Counted from the first letter of the stretch, positions 8,706 to 15,707 are shown. The stretch is 32,000 nucleotides of DNA from Prochlorococcus sp. MIT 0801 (GCF_000757865.1 NZ_CP007754.1:1140001-1172000), one strand, 5' to 3'. Notes: generated by a model not told the origin, from the sequence alone. Translations and numbers: made by a program.

Positions 8706-8851
8706 TACACAACACCTGGAATGATTTGACCTGTTGTTAGATATGCACCGATGAGTGCCCAGCATCCAACAAATGCTGCGTAACCATTGAGTCTTTCAGC
8801 AATTACTTTGCCTTCTTCTACTCTTGGAGTTTCAGTCGTTTGTTTTTTCAT
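8705..8851 (-). CDS. hli: high-light-inducible protein (48 aa)
   Basis: MKKQTTETPRVEEGKVIAERLNGYAAFVGCWALIGAYLTTGQIIPGVV. TAATG overlaps on both sides. Confidence 0.9.
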   Translation of the reverse strand: MKKQTTETPRVEEGKVIAERLNGYAAFVGCWALIGAYLTTGQIIPGVV

Positions 8852-8970
8852 TAAACAACACCTGGGATAAGTTGACCGGTTGTTAGGTAGATACCTGTTA
8901 GTAGAACGAATGCCATCATGGCTGGTCTGCCGATGCTTCTTTCTAGGATTGTTTTGTTAGATGGTTGCAT
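8851..8970 (-). CDS. hli: high-light-inducible protein (39 aa)
   Basis: MQPSNKTILERSIGRPAMMAFVLLTGIYLTTGQLIPGVV. Confidence 0.85.
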   Translation of the reverse strand: MQPSNKTILERSIGRPAMMAFVLLTGIYLTTGQLIPGVV

Positions 8971-8990
8971 TGTTATTAGTAGTTATTGGT

Positions 8991-9197
8991 TTAGAAAATT
9001 CCAGGAATGATTTGACCTGTTGTGAAGTATGAAACCAAAAGACTGACCATTCCGATCATTGCCCAACGGCCATTTGTCTTTTCTGCTTCTTCTGGATAGC
9101 TGGTGTAGTCCTCTACAAGCTGTGGCTGTGTTTCACGGCCAAAGATGTTTTGCTTGCCGTACTCAGTGATTACCTGAGAAGAAGATGAACTTGTCAT
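8991..9197 (-). CDS. hli: high-light-inducible protein, long N-terminus (68 aa)
   Basis: MTSSSSSQVITEYGKQ...AEKTNGRWAMIGMVSLLVSYFTTGQIIPGIF. The start was chosen at the ATG homologous to the start of 18654-18761; the track start at 9227 adds 10 aa. Confidence 0.85.
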   Translation of the reverse strand: MTSSSSSQVITEYGKQNIFGRETQPQLVEDYTSYPEEAEKTNGRWAMIGMVSLLVSYFTTGQIIPGIF

Positions 9198-9252
9198 TAC
9201 TGAAATTGCGTTGATGTGAATGAACATAAAGTATTAACTTTGTTGATCAAAG

Positions 9253-9266
9253 ATACGGTCGGGTAC
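9253..9266 (-). promoter_or_regulatory. NtcA-like site GTA-N8-TAT upstream of hli array
   Basis: Minus strand reads GTACCCGACCGTAT, 56-69 nt upstream of the first hli ATG. Conserved at 18586-18599. Confidence 0.3.
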
Positions 9267-9478
9267 GGCTTCTTCTCATCCTTAATAGCTCTAAACCTCA
9301 AACACTAAATACAACAACTAATTAGAGAGATATTTATCCAATGATTAGATCTATTGATGACTCTAATAAGTATAAATAGCCCGAACTGGTTAGCACTACT
9401 TCAACCGTCCTACTCGTATTGAGGGCTTCTTTTATATTTAAATCATCTTTTTATACCAACCAGATCAAACTTTGAGTC

Positions 9479-9589
9479 ATGCTTGCAATCAACAAAACTA
9501 CTGCTGCAAAACTAATCGTTCTCTGGAATCTTCCTGCACTACTTCTATTAATTGGTGCTTATGAAGTTGGTTCTACCGTATTTGCTTAA
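9479..9589 (+). CDS. 36-aa single-TM micro-peptide
   Basis: MLAINKTTAAKLIVLWNLPALLLLIGAYEVGSTVFA. Paralogs at 18261-18371, 14601-14711 and 20945-21055. Confidence 0.55.
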   Translation: MLAINKTTAAKLIVLWNLPALLLLIGAYEVGSTVFA

Positions 9590-9595
9590 CTTACA

Positions 9596-9760
9596 ATGAC
9601 ATCATCTGATAACAGTCCAAAGAATTGGTCCGAGTGGAACAACACAAAGCATTTCACTGATTATTCAAGAGATTCAGGAACAGGCAAATTTGTTCGCTTT
9701 ACCATTGCTGCCTTACTCTTCGTTCCAGTTGGATTCCTCGCTTACATGACTACTATCTAG
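9596..9760 (+). CDS. 54-aa tail-anchored peptide
   Basis: MTSSDNSPKNWSEWNNTKHFTDYSRDSGTGKFVRFTIAALLFVPVGFLAYMTTI. Duplicate at 18090-18254. Confidence 0.55.
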   Translation: MTSSDNSPKNWSEWNNTKHFTDYSRDSGTGKFVRFTIAALLFVPVGFLAYMTTI

Positions 9761-9908
9761 GTTATTAGTTAGCTCACCTAGATCAATTGATTTATATTAT
9801 TGGGACTAGTTTTTTATTCGAATTCACATTATTTGCACTAGTCGTAACAGATAAGGATTTAATTACTATTTAAAAGAAAACGTTCATAAACTGTTTAAAT
9901 CTCTTTGT

Positions 9909-10250
9909 TTAGGCGGTTCCCCATTGACAAGAGAGTTCACATTCAGTCAAATTTGTTTGTTCAAGACGACTTAATATCCTAGCCATGTCTACAGAGGAGA
10001 GACTTCCATCAGTATTCCATTTGAGAGTAGTTTTACGCTGAAATGGAATGTTGTCCTTCGATTGTCCAGAAGGAAGAAATTTGATAGTGTTGTTTTCGAT
10101 AAAATCTAAAAACGATTTAGCACTGTGTAGGTCCCCAGTGTAAGTGCATTGATTTGCAGAACAAGCTCTAAAGATTCGTCCCGACAATCCATCCAAGCAA
10201 TGAATTGATCCACCATTAACAGTTACATGGAATGGCTTTCTAAGTGACAT
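9909..10250 (-). CDS. Cys-rich hypothetical protein (113 aa), paralog of 21791-22138
   Basis: Track ORF. Roughly 70% identical by eye to the 115-aa copy, and the upstream non-coding region is also similar. Confidence 0.75.
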   Translation of the reverse strand: MSLRKPFHVTVNGGSIHCLDGLSGRIFRACSANQCTYTGDLHSAKSFLDFIENNTIKFLPSGQSKDNIPFQRKTTLKWNTDGSLSSVDMARILSRLEQTNLTECELSCQWGTA

Positions 10251-10497
10251 AGCTAATACTCCATTCCTAGAATGACAAGCATTTTTGTATCAACCATTAC
10301 AAAAAAACAATAAGTCTTAATGCTCAATCAGTCATTCCAGTCAATATCACCAAATTCCTAGTCAGTTCTGTATGAACTTATTTGCTCTAAATATTTAACC
10401 GTTAAATATTTATTTTTGCAGTTCTGTGCTGAAAAAGTTTCGAAGCTTTTGATCACACTCGGTCAACAAACTGCAAGAGACCATTCAATCTATCCAT

Positions 10498-10680
10498 TTA
10501 TTTGTAGTAATTCACAAGATCAACAATAAGAACAGCTAAAAGAACACCTCCAAGAATAAAGGGCAAAAAAGGATATTTGGCTGAGAGATTGCTTATAAAA
10601 CCAGCTTTCTTTTCCTTTTGCTTTATCTTCTTTTCTCTAGGAGGTAATCCCAAAACTTTTCTTCTTTTGGCTTCTCCCAT
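10498..10680 (-). CDS. MGEAKRR-type Lys-rich tail-anchored peptide (60 aa)
   Basis: Internal ATG of the track ORF gives MGEAKRRKVLGLPPREKKIKQKEKK...LPFILGGVLLAVLIVDLVNYYK. Paralog at 16572-16772. Confidence 0.6.
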   Translation of the reverse strand: MGEAKRRKVLGLPPREKKIKQKEKKAGFISNLSAKYPFLPFILGGVLLAVLIVDLVNYYK

Positions 10681-11114
10681 ATTTAGTAAAAAAAGGTCTG
10701 ATGCTTCAAGATAATTCAACTGTCAAACTAAGCATAAAAACAATAAGAAACTCTACTTTTATTAACAAGAGACATGAATTGAATAGGCGTTGAACAGTGC
10801 AAGATATGTCTCTTCTGTAATTTAGGCTTCGCAAGCTCAGGACACTTATCACCTACAAAAGATGATATCCAAACCTATCGGTTAGCAGATATAAATCTCT
10901 ATCTATTTATCTATTGATAAACTTTTTCTTCTCCCTATAAAAAAGGCAAAGAAACAAACCTTCGAATACAGAAGTAAGGACTAAAAACAATTATATGTAT
11001 AAATGGTGAATCAGACTAAACCGATATAAGGACTAAGTTGAAAATCTTATCTATTCCTGAATTTCATCTATAACTGTTATTTTAAACGATTTTGTTATTT
11101 TCCTTCCTAAGGTT

Positions 11115-11537
11115 TTAATAATCTATTTTTGATTGCCTATTCCTTTTTAATTCACCTCTTTTCTTCTTTGACTCAATTCTCCTCCTCTGTGATGAGCGAG
11201 TAGGGATTGTCTCCCTTCTTTTCTTTGGAGGTGGCTTTAAAAGCTCTCGTAAGGTTGAAGTAAGTCTAATTAAAGCTAATTGTCTATTTTGATATTGTGT
11301 TCTTTTATCTTGAACAGCTATGCAAATACAACCATTAGAAAGCTTGACTTCATCCTGAATTGAGATTCTATATTTCTGGTATGGAGTTAAAGTTTTTGAT
11401 TCAGATACGTTAAATACAATTTCAGCTCGACTGTCTGTCTTATTTACGTTCTGTCCACCAGCTCCTGATGATCTAGAGAATCTCCACTTTATTTCATTAC
11501 CTGGTATTTCAAGCTTAGTATTAATCCTAAGATTCAT
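11115..11537 (-). CDS. arfB: ArfB (YaeJ/ICT1-like) peptidyl-tRNA hydrolase, alternative ribosome-rescue factor B
   Basis: GGQ motif SSGAGGQNVNK about 25 residues from the N-terminus. 140 aa with a strongly basic C-terminal tail (KKRRETIPTRSSQRRRIESKKKRGELKRNRQ), typical of ArfB. Confidence 0.85.
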   Translation of the reverse strand: MNLRINTKLEIPGNEIKWRFSRSSGAGGQNVNKTDSRAEIVFNVSESKTLTPYQKYRISIQDEVKLSNGCICIAVQDKRTQYQNRQLALIRLTSTLRELLKPPPKKRRETIPTRSSQRRRIESKKKRGELKRNRQSKIDY

Positions 11538-11546
11538 TTGTCTACT

Positions 11547-12035
11547 TTATCCAGCCAATCGAAGTGAGCTCATTTCTAATGGATTAGGCTTTTTGGGTTC
11601 TTTAATCTCATTCGGAGAAAAGAACATTAATGACTGAGCATTGCTTACCTCTCGACATTTTTTATTAGGGCCACAAACAAATAAATATGTATCCACATCA
11701 ACACTTGCATCTGGAAGCTTTATACAAGTAGCGCCGAAGTTCTTTTCAAGCAATACCCACATTTTCTTTTTATCTATACATTCTTGGAAGAGGTCATTAG
11801 GATTATTTTCACTAATAACACCTCTCACATTTAAAACAAAATAACGATTAATAAAAATTTCTTTTGCCTTAATTTCAGACTCTTTGCTAAGTATTCGTGC
11901 CATATAATGGCAATCATCCAAAACATATTCCTGACTATCTAATTTAGATAGTATCCATCCAATATCTTTCGCACTTAACCCTTTTTCAATAAGAAAAAAT
12001 TCGAAGGCTCGTTTATCAGTAGGACCTCTCCCCAT
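11547..12035 (-). CDS. hypothetical protein (162 aa), possible N-terminal HTH
   Basis: Track ORF. Stop is 9 nt before the arfB start. The N-terminus KRAFEFFLIEKGLSAKDIGWILSKL looks HTH-like. No family recognised. Confidence 0.65.
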   Translation of the reverse strand: MGRGPTDKRAFEFFLIEKGLSAKDIGWILSKLDSQEYVLDDCHYMARILSKESEIKAKEIFINRYFVLNVRGVISENNPNDLFQECIDKKKMWVLLEKNFGATCIKLPDASVDVDTYLFVCGPNKKCREVSNAQSLMFFSPNEIKEPKKPNPLEMSSLRLAG

Positions 12036-12162
12036 TTAAAAGGTTCCAACAAATTATTATTTATTATGACACATAGAACTAATTTGGTTCAATAAATATC
12101 ACCCTCAAAACGTTGACAACCGAATTAGTGCTTTAAATATAGAAACGATTCATTAAACTTTT

Positions 12163-13086
12163 CTAGTTACAAATTGATATTTCTGCTATTCCATATTGCA
12201 TTTGCCAATGCCCCATACTCCAATCCCCTGGGTTTTGTGTTAGGTCATTCAACCCCCCACTATCTACTAAAGAGAAATAATCTTCACTTCCATTATTATC
12301 ACTAGATTGAACAGGTATATTAACCTCCGATCCATCTGCCCATTTTAAATCACCTTCATTATCAGCATCAGTCAGGCCAACCCAATATGCTGTAGCACCA
12401 GCTGTATTATTTTCAGGATGTACCCATTTTATATTTTGAACAATCCACTCACTTTCTTCCAAGTCATTTAAGGTTACTAAATGGCCATTAAGTTTTTGAG
12501 CGTTAGACTCAGATTCTTCCCAAGTTGGTCCTTCAACAACAGCATAAGCAGAGCAACCACGTTCAAGATATGAGCCTTCTACCACAAACTCTTCTGACTC
12601 AATTCTCGCTTGTAGTTCATTCCCTTGTCTTGTTTGACATATAAACCCTAGGCAATCTGTTAAGTTTGTCCCTGTCTGACCTTTAAAGCTATACGTTAAT
12701 TCACTACTATTAGTCGCCAATATAAAAGTAGGCAATATATTTGTATCGGTAGGTATTGCACTAATTAATCCTGTTCCTGATGCTCCACCACAACTATTAG
12801 ATCCATCTGATTGGATTTGATAAGAATTTAAATTGCTTGGAGTAAATGTACCTACGTTACCTGTATCAGATTTATTAATTTCACATTCAGTATGAATTTG
12901 TTTTATGGCTGCCAATGCAGCAGTCGCTTGAGCTTTTCTCTGGAAGCAGCTAAACGTGGGAATTGCAATCGCAGACAGGACTGCAAGCACTGACACAACA
13001 ACTACAAGTTCAATTAAAGAAAAACCTTCCTCACCTTGCTTACTCAAGAGCTTCCTGAAGAGTTTTAGCTTTAAACTTTGCTCCAT
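12163..13086 (-). CDS. type IV pilin-like protein with C-terminal C-type lectin domain (307 aa)
   Basis: Prepilin motif G/FSLIELVVVVSVLAVLSAIAIP after a 21-aa leader. The C-terminal 130 aa show CTLD hallmarks: TWEESESNAQKLNGHLVTLNDLEESEWI, YWVGLTDADNEGDLKWADGSEV, flanking Cys. Confidence 0.75.
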   Translation of the reverse strand: MEQSLKLKLFRKLLSKQGEEGFSLIELVVVVSVLAVLSAIAIPTFSCFQRKAQATAALAAIKQIHTECEINKSDTGNVGTFTPSNLNSYQIQSDGSNSCGGASGTGLISAIPTDTNILPTFILATNSSELTYSFKGQTGTNLTDCLGFICQTRQGNELQARIESEEFVVEGSYLERGCSAYAVVEGPTWEESESNAQKLNGHLVTLNDLEESEWIVQNIKWVHPENNTAGATAYWVGLTDADNEGDLKWADGSEVNIPVQSSDNNGSEDYFSLVDSGGLNDLTQNPGDWSMGHWQMQYGIAEISICN

Positions 13087-13248
13087 CTAGTCAATCTAGA
13101 TTGAATTTACATAAATGTCTTTAAATATTGAGTAGCCCTGCTGTTAATTCCAATAATGCTTTTTGTCTGGACATTAGAAACTAAACGGACAAGGATCAAT
13201 AGATTTCGCTCTTAAGGGTGGAGTTGGAAAAAGATCGCAGAAATATAT

Positions 13249-13290
13249 GTGGTTAGTCCTACCACTGTTAGTCGGTGATGATTGGCTTCA
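13249..13290 (+). repeat. GC-box repeat, core copy
   Basis: GTGGTTAGTCCTACCACTGTTAGTCGGTGATGATTGGCTTCA, related to cores at 14223, 14865, 15225, 20757(-) and 21320(-). Confidence 0.5.
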
Positions 13291-13354
13291 TTTCTCTTGA
13301 CATTTAATATGAATTTCTTATTCTTTTTCTATAGTTTTTGATGATTTTTAAAAG

Positions 13355-13573
13355 ATGACTTTTGCGACGGCATATAGCTATAGCGACAGACAAATTTTTG
13401 ATCTTAAGACTTTAATAGAAGGAATCAGATTTATTATTGTTAATTCTATTTTGGCCTTTATTTTTTTATTTCTTACTGTTGAAGAACTTGAATGGGCAAC
13501 ATTCTCATATAGAGAAAAAATTACAGATAAGGTTATTGACAAAACATCATGGAATATCAAAACATTAATTTAA
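13355..13573 (+). CDS. hypothetical membrane protein (72 aa)
   Basis: Track ORF with TM FIIVNSILAFIFLFLTV. The antisense ORF 13378-13560 is judged a shadow. Confidence 0.35.
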   Translation: MTFATAYSYSDRQIFDLKTLIEGIRFIIVNSILAFIFLFLTVEELEWATFSYREKITDKVIDKTSWNIKTLI

Positions 13574-13636
13574 TTCTGCTCTAAATTCTTTTCTAATCAA
13601 AGTGATCTAAAAATCAAATCAGTATAAATTACTGTT

Positions 13637-13784
13637 TTATCTTGCATTTTTTGCGGGAGGCATCTAAACCTCCCTAAAGCCTGAGCCAGTAATCAAAGTG
13701 TAGGCAAAGACCCTGGGAAAGGTTCAATTGAAAATGGTGCTATCACCCAAGTATTACTACAGTTGGGTTAATTAATAACTAATA
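13637..13784 (+). promoter_or_regulatory. conserved structured 5' leader of the DUF2905 operon
   Basis: TATAAAT at 13623-13629. Hairpins GGGAGG-N8-CCTCCC (13655-13674) and ACCCAA-N12-TTGGGT (13745-13768). Duplicated at 23915-24077. Confidence 0.45.
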
Positions 13785-13988
13785 ATGCAAAGGATACTAA
13801 TTACACTTGGACTTGTAATCGCTTCGATTGGTGTTCTATATCCTTACTTAAAACAAATAGGCTTGGGAAGATTACCTGGGGACGTCATTCTTAGAGGTCA
13901 GAATTCAACATTTTATTTCCCAGTAGTCAGCTGTATTGCCATTAGTCTGCTACTGACAGTCATTTTTAACTTATTCCGATCGTCATAA
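13785..13988 (+). CDS. DUF2905-family small membrane protein (67 aa)
   Basis: MQRILITLGLVIASIGVLYPYLKQIGLGRLPGDVILRGQNSTFYFPVVSCIAISLLLTVIFNLFRSS. The LGRLPGD...FYFP pattern is typical of DUF2905. Confidence 0.85.
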   Translation: MQRILITLGLVIASIGVLYPYLKQIGLGRLPGDVILRGQNSTFYFPVVSCIAISLLLTVIFNLFRSS

Positions 13989-14158
13989 TGAGTTTCGCTG
14001 ATAACTGGGCAAGGATATTTGTTGTAATTATGTTTCTTACGTTTGGAGAAACTCAGATCATTGGAGATATCATTCCAAATCTGATTGCTTTAAACTTGTT
14101 TCTTGGAGCGATTGGATATTTTGCTTTAACTGGGAAAATGGCTGAGATGTTTGGCTAA
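13988..14158 (+). CDS. IIPNL-family membrane peptide, truncated allele (56 aa)
   Basis: TAATG overlap. MSFADNWARIFVVIMFLTFGETQIIGDIIPNLIALNLFLGAIGYFALTGKMAEMFG. TAA sits where copy B (24281-24577) has TGG. Confidence 0.65.
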   Translation: MSFADNWARIFVVIMFLTFGETQIIGDIIPNLIALNLFLGAIGYFALTGKMAEMFG

Positions 14159-14255
14159 AAAAACAAGAAATAACATATATAGAAATTACGGCTGGAGTTA
14201 AAAATTGTGGGATTTATGGAGTGAGTCCAACTACTGCTAGGCGTTGGTCTATTGA

Positions 14256-14354
14256 TTAGTAACGAGCGTAAAGATCAAACAGAATCCCACCAATAAACTC
14301 ACCTAGTCCGAACCATGACTTTTTCTTTGGTTGTGCTTGAGTAGATATGGTCAT
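14256..14354 (-). CDS. 32-aa micro-ORF (last of a four-gene micro-operon)
   Basis: TAATG overlap with 14354-14461. MTISTQAQPKKKSWFGLGEFIGGILFDLYARY. Confidence 0.4.
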   Translation of the reverse strand: MTISTQAQPKKKSWFGLGEFIGGILFDLYARY

Positions 14355-14461
14355 TACAAACACTGGCGAAGTCTTTTAACAAGAATTGTTGAAAAGCCAA
14401 TGAACAAACCAGCAGGTATAGCCAAGCTTGCAATGATGATGATTACGTTTACTCCGTGCAT
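14354..14461 (-). CDS. 35-aa single-TM micro-peptide
   Basis: MHGVNVIIIIASLAIPAGLFIGFSTILVKRLRQCL. Starts 5 nt after the stop of 14467-14592. Confidence 0.45.
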   Translation of the reverse strand: MHGVNVIIIIASLAIPAGLFIGFSTILVKRLRQCL

Positions 14462-14466
14462 AAGTT

Positions 14467-14592
14467 TTAAGCGTTGGCTTTGCTAAGACGTAGTTTTAAA
14501 TAAAAGTTGTTTATTGGATCTTTAATAGAAAGAATTTTTCCGTAGAAATCTTCGCAATGTTGAATTAACGGCTTAAAAGGATTCATGTCCAT
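14467..14592 (-). CDS. 41-aa peptide P6, N-terminally related to the Cys-motif family
   Basis: MDMNPFKPLIQHCEDFYGKILSIKDPINNFYLKLRLSKANA. NPFKPLI matches P1. Lacks the C-terminal ECxxFGxC. Confidence 0.4.
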   Translation of the reverse strand: MDMNPFKPLIQHCEDFYGKILSIKDPINNFYLKLRLSKANA

Positions 14593-14600
14593 TTTTAGTC

Positions 14601-14711
14601 CTAAACGATTACTGAAGTAGCAACATCAAATGAACCTGATGCAAGGATTAGAGCAGGTATGCAAAAAAGAGCAAGGAACTTAGCTGCTGAAGAATTATTG
14701 ATTGAAGTCAT
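14601..14711 (-). CDS. 36-aa single-TM micro-peptide
   Basis: MTSINNSSAAKFLALFCIPALILASGSFDVATSVIV. Near-identical paralog at 20945-21055. Confidence 0.55.
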   Translation of the reverse strand: MTSINNSSAAKFLALFCIPALILASGSFDVATSVIV

Positions 14712-14776
14712 GGCAAGTAAAGATTAAAAAAATTTCAGCGAAACTCAGACGTAAGTCACTGATGAATTAAATATAA

Positions 14777-14937
14777 AAAGTATCACGTTACTAATGACGT
14801 ACGGTTGGGGTAGGGCTAACCGTGGGATAAATTTTTCTTATGTATCATGCTTCTCTTTTTGAACGGATTTAACTTTTAGGCGGTGTTCTATGACTTGAAG
14901 GCTAAACACAAAAAAACCTCTTCTGAGGGAGGGTTTT
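14777..14937 (+). repeat. GC-box repeat, full-length copy (~160 nt) ending in a bidirectional hairpin
   Basis: Matches the reverse complement of 20722-20880 over its whole length: GTTACTAATGACGT.CGGTTGG.GTAGGGCTAACCGTGG...TAGGCGGTG.TCTATG.CTT...CCTC-loop-GAGG. Confidence 0.8.
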
Positions 14938-15191
14938 CAAGCTTTAATAGTTACTCAAAGCGCCTAATCAATATCTTGAGGAGACTGGTCATGCTGGGTA
15001 TGTAGGAAATGCAAGGCTTAACCTAAGTTTTTGTTTACCAAAAAAAGTGCAGACCTAATGAACTTTTTGTGATTTGCGAGCAAAGGAACAGGATTTCAGC
15101 GACTGTCCCCTTCTCTGACTAGAGCTAAAGCATCAATTCGATACTCGCTCTTGCGTTAGATAAACATAAAAAGAACTTCTCCACTAGTGCT

Positions 15192-15275
15192 GTTCGGTTT
15201 AGGTAGGGCTTTCCAGTCTTTTTTACTATCTTCTGTTAGGCGGTGGTCTATGGCTTGAAGACTAGGCAAGAGAAA
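15192..15275 (+). repeat. GC-box repeat, shortened copy
   Basis: GTTCGGTTTAGGTAGGGCT...TTAGGCGGTGGTCTATGGCTTGAAGACTAGGCAAGAGAAAA. Confidence 0.7.
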
Positions 15276-15284
15276 ATAGTGTTC

Positions 15285-15707
15285 CTAATTGTTAGCTAAA
15301 AATTCAATATATTTTTTTAATGTATAGCCATGACAATCGCAAGGGTATTTAGCTTGTAGACATACAGCATCATCTTGACCTCTAAATCTTCGACAATTAC
15401 AAACAAGATCAATATCTGTTCTAGATTTAAACTCTCTCACTCGTGCTTCAAACCACTTTTTTGCACTCTTAGGCATTTGTCGATCTTCATGCCATTGCTG
15501 CCAAACTAAATTATCGAATAGTTTTATTCCCTCTTCCCTTACAACTCCATCGATTCTGTCGAAGGGGTTTCTTACAGGGCATTTGGGTTCATTTATAAAG
15601 AATCTCTTTGGAGACTTTGGACCATGGATCCATGAACGCTTCTCCATGGAGCCAAACACCTCTATTTGATCAAAATATTTCTTTGGATGGACTTCAGGTT
15701 CAGTCAT
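15285..15707 (-). CDS. hypothetical Cys-rich protein, possibly DUF4326-like (140 aa)
   Basis: Track ORF. NPF...REEGIKLF...LVCNC...CDCHGYTLKKYI loosely resembles the GNPF/CxC/CH pattern of DUF4326. Family assignment is tentative. Confidence 0.65.
   Translation of the reverse strand: MTEPEVHPKKYFDQIEVFGSMEKRSWIHGPKSPKRFFINEPKCPVRNPFDRIDGVVREEGIKLFDNLVWQQWHEDRQMPKSAKKWFEARVREFKSRTDIDLVCNCRRFRGQDDAVCLQAKYPCDCHGYTLKKYIEFLANN

Larger units (their letters stand above)
8518..9760. repeat. left arm of large inverted duplication (hli array + two micro-ORFs)
   Basis: Reverse complement matches 18090-19383 block by block: terminator, hli genes, upstream region and two small ORFs. Divergence is mosaic. 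Confidence 0.85.
13584..14180 (+). repeat. direct segmental duplication, copy A (leader + DUF2905 gene + IIPNL-family gene)
   Basis: Near-identical to 23862-24474, about 10.3 kb downstream. Confidence 0.9.

Noticed and set aside
9198-9227. Longer start for the first hli of the left array (MFIHINAISV extension), and similar 5' extensions of track ORFs 8580-8765, 18990-19196, 19136-19321, 16189-16386, 10498-10719, 19604-20182 and 21355-21621
   Set aside because: In the right array the homologous upstream ATG is followed by an in-frame stop (MFMATTQFK*), so the conserved start is the downstream ATG. The other extensions run through the preceding overlapping gene or ignore strong internal SD+ATG signals.
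11641-11844. Antisense shadow ORFs: 11641-11844(+), 13378-13560(-), 15608-15799(+), 26644-26871(-), 27821-28207(-), 28594-28791(+), 28997-29191(+), 30977-31174(+)
   Set aside because: Each lies entirely inside a longer, well-supported gene on the opposite strand (the HTH-like protein, 13355-13573, the DUF4326-like gene, phoB, phoR, the 114-aa gene, the phosphatase) and has no independent signals.
13637-13784. Leader of the DUF2905 operon as a known riboswitch (fluoride, glutamine/Downstream-peptide, preQ1, guanidine)
   Set aside because: By eye, the conserved cores of those classes as I remember them (for example ACGGAAGUAGG for glutamine, or the GAUGG...CCUAC elements of crcB) are absent. 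I report it only as an unclassified structured leader.
14777-14937. GC-rich boxes as tRNA genes or partial tRNA (att) copies
   Set aside because: I looked for T-arm-like GGTTCGAAT/GGTTCAAAT and acceptor/CCA-like ends and found none. No cloverleaf is apparent by eye. The att-scar idea cannot be excluded without comparison to the tRNA set of the genome, so I report these only as repeats.
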